Both the position numbers and the translations under genes were made by a program. The notes beneath the pieces were generated by a model. The model had not been told where the DNA came from and made no database searches. It saw nothing but the letters and a program-made list of their open reading frames with translations. This document shows positions 54,374 through 64,000 of a stretch of DNA of 64,000 nucleotides, piece after piece. Source of the stretch: the human T2T-CHM13v2.0 reference genome, Homo sapiens; assembly GCF_009914755.1 (NCBI RefSeq), contig NC_060928.1; one strand, given 5' to 3'. Every line of letters begins with the position of its first letter. The first letter of the stretch is position 1.

Positions 54374-55392
54374 TACACTGTGTTAATTTTTAAGGAGGAT
54401 TAAAAAAAATAAGACACGATCCTATTATTTCTCCTTTCCTCAAGAAGGCATGCCAATGATCCCATGAACAATCACCGGCCTCTTACAAAATTGGGGAGTG
54501 ATCCCAATTTGGCATTAATTAGGAAGCAGAAATCATTCAGACATAGTTATACTAGCAATGGAGGTTATAATGTACTTTGAGGATACAAAGGATTCCTTTG
54601 AGTTATGAAACCCAAACAAAAAAAGCAATATTGATAGAGTGCTTAGGGCATATTGGGTACTCCACATTCTGGCGATAAGGAGATCAGTAAAAAATGAGAC
54701 ATTTTCTCTCCCAAATTTGTATCAATGACACAATCATGGCCACCAAAACCCCTCAGAGAATAGAAGAGGTTTCAACTTTCTCATAATCAAGGGACAATCA
54801 ATGAGGTCATGGTGAGGAGGTTTCCAATTACTTGTTGCTAAACCAGTATCAGTATCAATTTCATCCACCAGAGATCTATTTCCACCTATTATTTATCATA
54901 AAATCCTCAGGGTAAAAATTAACATTAGACTGCTGTTTTTAAACTTTTAATGATTTTTAAAAACCCAAATGAAGACCCTTGGATCTTTTTTGGGAAAAAT
55001 AACACCTAAAATCTTAAAATAAAAAAATCTAAATTAAGAAAACATTTGAAGATTCACTGACACCAAGTGCCAAACTCAAACCCAAGATCCCAGTTAGAGA
55101 CTTTAATATTAGACTCTCTTATTGCAGTTAGTTTTCCCATATGATAAATACAACACTGTCTGTTTATTGATAAAGGCCTAGCAAGATATTCTATCCCTGA
55201 CCAAGAGGGTGTGGTCTTGCTGACTCTAGTGATCAAGCTGAGAACCAGAAGAGTATTTCTCACCTGACAAAGGAACCAAATATATGCACACACCGGAGCT
55301 TAACCTTAGACCCGAGCATGGGATCGCCTTCTCCTATGAGTACCCAAAGCCAAGATCCTGGGCGTGTGGCCAGGAGAAAAAAAATCAATTAA

Positions 55393-55754
<362 letters not shown>

Positions 55755-55797
<43 letters not shown>

Positions 55798-56085
55798 AGA
55801 CAGAGTCTTTCTCTGTTACTCAGGCTGGAGTGCGGTGGGGCCACCTTGGCTCCCTACAACCTCCACCTCCCGGGTTCAAGTGATTCTCATGCCTCAACCT
55901 GCCAAGTAGCTAAGATTACAGGCGTGTGCCACTACGCCCAGCTATTTTTTTTTTTATTTTTATTTTTAGTAGACAGGGTTTTGCGATGTTGCCTAGGCTG
56001 GTCTTGAAGTCCTGACCTCAGGTGATCCACCTGCCTCAGCCTCCCAAAGTGCTGGAATTACAAACGTGAGCCACCGCACCTGGCC
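55755..56085 (-). mobile_element. Full-length Alu (AluSx-like) with 42-nt poly(T)
   Basis: Abuts the previous Alu head-to-tail; T run at 55755-55796. Confidence 0.93.
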
Positions 56086-56719
56086 CCTCCCATATTTTAA
56101 TAAGGATTGTTTCCCTCAAATGTGCAGGAAGCTTGAGGGAGGAGTTGGGTGTATTTACCATCCGTACCACTCATTCCCCTAGGGTGGGAAGAGAAGCTAT
56201 AAAAAGTGAAGCACCGTCCACCTTTATTCACTGTTTCTTCCCAACTTCGTTCTTCCCCTGCAGATGGACCTTGTGTTACCCACACTTTCCTCTGGGATTG
56301 ACCCAACAACAGGAATTGTGCCTGGTGCCTACTTACTAAATCCTCAGCCTCAAAAGTAAGGATGTACAAAAGTCATTACTTAAAAAAAATTTTTTTAAGG
56401 TATGACCTTCATATTTAAAGTGAAATGTGCAGAAAGGCAGAGGTCCATACGATCACATAATCTGTATAAACAAATGAACTCAATGGTTATTAGGCAGTCA
56501 GTTTAAGTATCTGATATTTGTCCACATCATCCGCAGTGATCAGCCTGGATTCTTCCTCTTAAATTTTAAATAATAACCTTGGAAGAAGGGAGACGCATCT
56601 CCTTTATTTCTAGTTAAGAAAAAACAACAGGCCAGAGAGCATAACAGTAATTTATGATTTTGCTGGTGTATTATCATCCACTAATAAGTGCAACTTGAAA
56701 CTACCAATTATCTCATAAG

Positions 56720-57220
56720 AGGGGTATCACCTTTTCTGTTGTGAATGACTACATCGATAAACGGAGGTTCAGCTCCCTCACTCTTCGTCACGTCACCAGC
56801 AGCTTCTTAGCAGCAGAAGTGAGCCAACCAGGGAAGCAGAGGAAAAACAAAAACAGTCAACACACAAACACGCAAGTTAGCCCAGCCTCTGGCCCGGGAA
56901 CCCAGAGAGGGGCTGGGGAAGACAGAGAAAGACAGGGGGAGGGGGCCGCGTGGAAGCGCCTAGAGCAGTCGGCAGGTCACACACACGCGGTGCTCGGCGG
57001 CAAACTCAGTTTACAAAGAGACATCTGTTCCATTACTCCAATGCATTGTGGCTAATTACATCCTGGCCCGTCTGTGAAATGACAGCCACTTATTCTCCAG
57101 TGAACCGTAAAATCTGTACATGTTCGATTTGGGGAGTGGGAGAGCAGAGGCGTGGAGGCTAGAGTGGGAGGAAGAAGGGGGGCAGCCAAGGGGAAAGAGA
57201 AAAGACAGGAGAAAACCGAG
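56720..57220. promoter_or_regulatory. Candidate promoter/enhancer island
   Basis: CpG-enriched; tandem CRE half-sites CGTCACGTCA at 56786-56795; G-rich box gggggagggggccgcg; minus-strand donor AAG|GTGATA at 56730. Confidence 0.5.
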
Positions 57221-58204
57221 AAACAACACTTTCTGGCAAGATCATCACAACCCTAGTGGAAGGAATATGATGAGAAATACAGTGCTTCGACTCTGAGTTC
57301 GAGGCCCTAAGTTTACCATGCAAGAATTTATTCTCACAGCTGTTGCTTTTCCTTGTTATTCAAAGGCTGCAGTGCCAAGGGGTGGCCGCTTGAAGGTCTC
57401 CATCATCATTACGCAGGGGTTGTGGCTTGGGGATAGACCGACTTGCCCATTTGCTTCAGTCCCCAGGGGCTACTGATGGGATGGGGGTGGGGGCTCTCCA
57501 CCAGCTCTTCAGAAGAATGAATCACAGTATCCCTTCTCACACGGGAACCTGAATTAGCAGAAAGCCTCTTTAATAGATTGTGCTTAGGCTGGGGGTGGGG
57601 CTTCCTGAAGAGTGGGAAGAAATTTGGGATCTTTAAGAGGAAAAACCAGTGAAAGAAGGGGAAAAATCAGGTTGGGGGCAGGGGGATGCTCCCCCTGCTT
57701 TCAGTTGACATTAAAACTTTATCCTAACAAAAACCCAAAATCACTTATGTAACTTTGTGACAGGCGCAAGGGAAATAGAAATGGCAAATAGAGAACGCTG
57801 CCATTTTGAAATGAGACTTCAATCCAGCGTGGGTTTTAATAGGAAACTTATCTTCATTCCTACACAAAAGCTTTCTGCTAGAGGACTCACACACTTCTGT
57901 TGGAATCTATACTAGACACAACTGATGATATAGTGGTGTGCTACTGTGGTTAAACATTGATCTTTCTTCCTCTTGCAACAATACAATACTGTATTCTGTG
58001 GATCACAACTGTGGGCCTGAAAGATCTGGCAGCTCTCTGGAGGGAGGGGTTACCCAGTAGCTTTGCACCAGCCACTAGGCAGTTTAGTGGCGGTAGCACG
58101 TAGACTGGGCCACTTCTGTATGTGGCCTGGGGATCCCCGTGGCCGGCCAGCGCCCTCTGTAAGACAGCGCTTCTTGAAGGTGCGTTGCAGTCACTGGGAG
58201 CTGG

Positions 58205-58305
58205 CAAACGCAGATTCCAATTCAGTAGGTCTGGGCTAGGGCCTGAGCTTTGCATTTCTAACAAGTTCCAAAGTGATGCTGATGCTGATGGTTCCCTGGA
58301 GAATA
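58205..58305. mobile_element. MER5A half
   Basis: ttcagtaggtctgggctagggcctgag...tgcatttctaacaagttcc...gtgatgctgatgctg. Confidence 0.8.
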
Positions 58306-60514
58306 CCCTCCCTCACACACACCTGCCCAATCCTCATTAGGTTGGGCTAATGTGGGGAAAGGTTGGAATATAGCACAGTTCCTCCAACATGAAGCAGTGC
58401 ATTTAATTGCTCTAGGAATTTTACTAATTTTGAGTCAAAATAATTTTAACAACTCTGTATCAACCACGGAGATGTCATAAAATTGATCAAAGGGTGACTA
58501 CCCCTTTCTGGGAGAAGGGGGAGGGAGGGTTAAGTCTAGTTAGAGAGAGGGTATGAACCGTGAAATAGGCCCTGATTTTATGTTTACTCCAAGAAGTTAA
58601 TTTTGATCACTGCAAAGGGAAAAGTAATCTTAAAAGAGTTCTGGACTTTCATTCATGTTGTACTAATATGTTTCCTGTTGGCTGAGGAAACAAGCAGCTC
58701 TGGCAAAAATCCCACTTATAGGGAGAGGGGAACAAGACAAGGGGGATCTCCCCACTTCTGATGTGTGTTCTTGCATAGTGTTTTGGATTTAACTAGAATG
58801 AACTAAAGTTTAACTAAAGTAAATGTTTTCACTAAGAGCAGGGGCTGAAGAGAGGTGACCCCTTCATCCCAGCTCAGGGATGGCCCTGTGTGTCAGCAGT
58901 GTGCATAAGCACGCTTGGTTGCATGCATGTTTATACTTCTGTCCCAAGTTGGTAGTGAATGAGTTTTAGTTTATGCCTCAGGGCGCCTGATATTATGCTA
59001 CAAATTCTAAGTGTTCAATGAACACTGCTGACTGACTAAAGACATGTGAGCTCAGCTTTCATTTATTATTTGAGGCGTCCCGAGGCTGATTTTGTTTCAG
59101 TTCTTGTTATATTCCTTCCAGACTCTGAACCTATGGCTTTCTATGAACCAGAAAACAGACTAGTCCATAACTGAGGTTAAAAGTCCATTCTGGTGTGGGT
59201 CCTAATATACAGATACCCATGATAATACTATACAGACTGGAAAAATAGTTTTAAGGCTGAAAGGAGACTAGAGATGATCTAATTTGACTTCTCCAATTTA
59301 TCAACGGGGACCTGCCCTATTTTTACTCGGTGGCCTATGGTCATTGAGGCTAAATGAGTAACTAGGTAGGGTGAGGTCTTTGACTTGAGAGTTTTTTCTG
59401 TTGCATCCTGCTGCATGTCCCCCAAAGTTTCATATAACTTTTCCAAAGAAGGCCTTAATTTTCTTCATACAATGACAGAAGAGTCAAATGTTATCTTCAT
59501 GAAGGAACTGATTGTGGCTCAAAGGAAGTCAATTTAAACGCAAAGATGATGGGAAAAATTCCATCTATATAATGGAAAAGAGAATAACATTATAATTCAG
59601 GGAGCTGAGACTCAGGAATACATTTTGATGCTTACTCATGAAGGTGCCTGGTGAGGGGTCTGGGGACTGCACCACAGGGGGCCAATGGGACTGTGCAGGA
59701 GACAGCGGATGACACAGAACCTTATCAGGGAAGCCAGTAAAGGTGGTAGATCATGTGACCCTTGGCCCTCTAGGGCTGAAATGCCAGTAAGAAGATATTG
59801 AACCTCACCATTCTGTCTCTTCACTTTCACGGCAGTTTCTATAGATAAACTACATCATAAAGTGAACCAAAATAACAGACACATAAATAAACAGGTAAAT
59901 TCACACAGGACCCCAAAGGTGTTATAGAGACCAGACACACATCTACATTTCAGCTCCTCAATCAATTTGTCTGTTTCACCCGCCTATCGTCTGCCAGCTC
60001 ATCAGTAAATGAAAAAAGCTAGAAGGGGCAATTGGGAGAAAAGCATCAATGCCATAAAAATCACAGACCTCTGCAGTATAGGATTACTGGGGCAGGAGGT
60101 AGGGTGGTGACAGGAAATACCCTCAGAGGGTTGTTATGAGAACTATTTCCAATTCAAAACAACAATGATGATCCTCTTTATTCAATTATCAACTTCTGCT
60201 GTCTTAATGCCATGTTTTGGGGAGGTCAAATTACCAATTAAAAATGGCATACCACAGTTCCAGCAAGCCAGCCCCAGGAGGTTAGCCAAGTGCTGGAGCC
60301 CTCCTTTGATAGAATGGCGAGGGGCCTTTCTGGCTTCCTGGCTCTTGTGCCCTTCTCCAGAGATGTAGGAATGCTGGAGAGCCCGGGCCTATGTTGTTCT
60401 TGGTGGAATACAGCATCATTCACACTTACTAAGTTGCTACTGCTATTTGGCTATTTCTCTTAGACAGTATGAGAAACTTTCAGATCTTTAATTTGCTAAA
60501 GAATTACTACCTCT

Positions 60515-60796
60515 GGTCGGGTGCAGTGGCTGAAGCCTGTAATCCCAGCACTTTGGGAGGCCAAGGAGGGCAGATCACCTGAGGTTGGGAGTTTGAGACC
60601 AGCCTAACCAACATGGAGAAACCCCATCTCTACTAAAAATACAAAATTAGCCGGGCTTGGTGGTGCATGCCTGCAATCCCAGCTACTCAGGAGGCTGGGG
60701 CTGAAGAATCACTTGAACCTGGGAGGTGGATGTTGCTGTGAGCTGAGATCATGCCATTGCACTCCAGCCTGGGCAACAAGAATGAAACTCTGTCTC

Positions 60797-60827
<31 letters not shown>

Positions 60828-60829
60828 AA
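60515..60829 (+). mobile_element. AluSp
   Basis: ccaacatggagaaaccc diagnostic; TSD aaagaattacta. Confidence 0.95.
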
Positions 60830-60888
60830 AAAGAATTACTAACTCCAATACTAAGCCCAACACCATCCCTATCAAAATCACTTTTCCT

Positions 60889-61241
<353 letters not shown>

Positions 61242-61291
61242 TCAGATAAGGCAAAGAAAGGCACTTTCTCCTACATCACAGGAATATTTTA

Positions 61292-61802
<511 letters not shown>

Positions 61803-64000
61803 TCACCATTATAGGATGACACAAGGTAGCTGGAGGCCACCTTGTATGTGCTGTTCTAACAAGGCTCCCTCTGTTAATAAAGGAGATTTTCATTTGGTCC
61901 CAAGGCTACTCTTAATTGTGATATTAGCATGTAAGTGGATCTACAGTTAATTTTCGACCAGGCACTAGATTTTTAGCTTTATTTTGGGGTTTATTTCCTT
62001 GAAAATACTGCATTTCGGCAGTATTGCCCTATCTTACAGATGATTCCCTACCCTTGAGATATTCCCTCTGTCTCATATCATTTGGAGTCTAATTTTGGGG
62101 AGGAGCGTATCCATTAGATATTGCTCAATTCATCTTTTTCTTCACCCCTGAGCCTCCCTGCTTTGTTTAGTTTGAGGAAAGCAAGCCATTTTTTCTTAGA
62201 AAAAGGAATCTTAAGCTTAGTAAAATGCATTTCTGAGAACAAGAGATTCTGAAAGTGTTGCTGTTCAGGTCCCTGAATCAAAAATTTTTATTCCTGGTTC
62301 TTCTAAGATGCTTTTTCCATTCTTTCTCTGGTAAATTGGTTGCACTGTCCAAGTTTTCCATAGGAAAAATGGTGTTCTGCTATGTTTGGGACAAGATACT
62401 GTTCTGCATGTTCTATTTCCTTTCATCCTAGAATAGAAAAACTTTTATTATTATTATTGTTACTATAAAACACGCACTGCCACTTTCAAAGCATCCCCAC
62501 AGAATCAAGATGTGGTGTCCTCCTCCCTTCCCTTGATTTGTAATGGTGAGGTTAACAATGGTGTTGTGGTTTGCTTGGCCCCTTGACATAGTGTCAGCAA
62601 CATAGTTCTAAACAGATTTCTGAGATCTTCTCTTCTGACCCTTGGCTGAAGTCACTTGAAAACATTTACCCTAAAAAATTCAGGTGGGCTAAGTGCCAAG
62701 CCTTAGCCAAATCCTCAGTCAAGCTTAAATGTCTTAAGAGAGCTGACTGCTTGAAGCCAGGTGGCTTGCACATCTGCAAGTCTGATTCATGGACACCACT
62801 TGCCATCAAGAACGCGCTGGCATCATTCCTCATCAGAGCAGCCTGTGAGCCCCACACACGCCCCTCCCCACTCATCACAAGGAACAAGGTCTAGGTGAAA
62901 GATTCAGACAGCAGCACCGGATCCTCTGTTGGCATCAAAAGTCCATTGCTGTCCACCATGACATAAATCAGATCCTCCGGGAGCAAGGGGGTTGAGGGGC
63001 AAAAGTACTCTTGAAACACCACTACCAGAATGGGGGGCTAAGGATCAATTGCTTTTGCCATGTTACCCACACCTTCTCAAATACAAATCATCGTGAACTA
63101 GCTCATCTTCTGCTATACAGCACCCCATCCAAGTCCAACAGATTTTTTTTTTTTTTTTAATGGAGGGTTCTTTCGTTGGCATTCCTTTTCATCCTTCCCC
63201 AAGAGGAATCAACTTAGGGAGCAGATATGCAGCGTGTGTGTACACCCAGCATGTGTTTTCTTGTTCCCACCCTACATTGTTTGTTGAAATAAATATGGAA
63301 ATAAGGCTGAGCAAGACAGCCAAGCCAGCCAAACTGAAATAAATTCATCACTCATGGGCTCTCAAGGGATGGAAACCGTGCATTTTTTTCTAAATGATTA
63401 TTTCTGAAGCACTGAAGGAATGGCTATATCACTAATGAGGCCTGTACGCCATGACTGCTGATTATAAATGACCTGCAGAGAGACAAGGAGATAGTGGATA
63501 TGAAGGGGAGATGGTGGCATGGAGGCGAGGGGAAGCAGCTGCTGTGGAGGCTGCAGCTGCTGGTGGCCAGCAGTGGGGATTACTATCCAAAAGCAACTCT
63601 CCCTGCTTTTCTGACCCAGCAGTAAGCCCTCAGAAGAGCATATAATTATTCTGTGTGAATTCAAGTGAGTGGAAAGGGGTCAAAAGCCCCCCAAAGATAG
63701 AAAAACGTCTTCTGTATAAGTCTGTATATCACCATGACCATCTCTGTCTTCCTGTGCATGGAAATTCTTGGCAGCATCCCAGGATCTGGAAAAGACCTGG
63801 ATGGAGACTGCAATGACATATAAACCACACTAAGACACTACATGGTCCCCTGGCTTCTGGCCCCTGGGATCCTCCCTTCATAGCTACGTACTGGGCATAC
63901 AGAAAAAGAAAGTGCAGATATAAGCAGCACAGTTCATAAGTGGGATGAGAGCTCTCCACAGAGCAGTTGGTAAATTCCAGGCCAGGTGGACAACACTGGA

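Overview
This is primate, almost certainly human, nuclear DNA. It is CpG-poor and dense in Alu, L1, L2, MIR, MaLR and MER repeats and microsatellites. I see no full-length coding exon, RNA gene or CRISPR array, and nearly all supplied ORFs are repeat-derived or chance frames. The window reads best as part of one long intron of a minus-strand gene containing several repeat-poor promoter/enhancer islands, each next to a minus-strand splice donor (7703, 23947, 32481, 48497, 56730). One donor closes a micro-CDS, ATG CTC AGG AAG (MLRK, phase 0). From memory this matches an alternative N-terminus of TMCC3 (MLRK-VERHDM...), so the window is tentatively TMCC3 intron 1; I have not verified this. I cannot support a wholly new biological system. 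The best leads are the array of alternative first exons, a candidate recursive splice site at 55264, a frame-preserving CAT/CAC compound repeat, a GGAA tract grown from an Alu tail, and a near-perfect MER53 hairpin.
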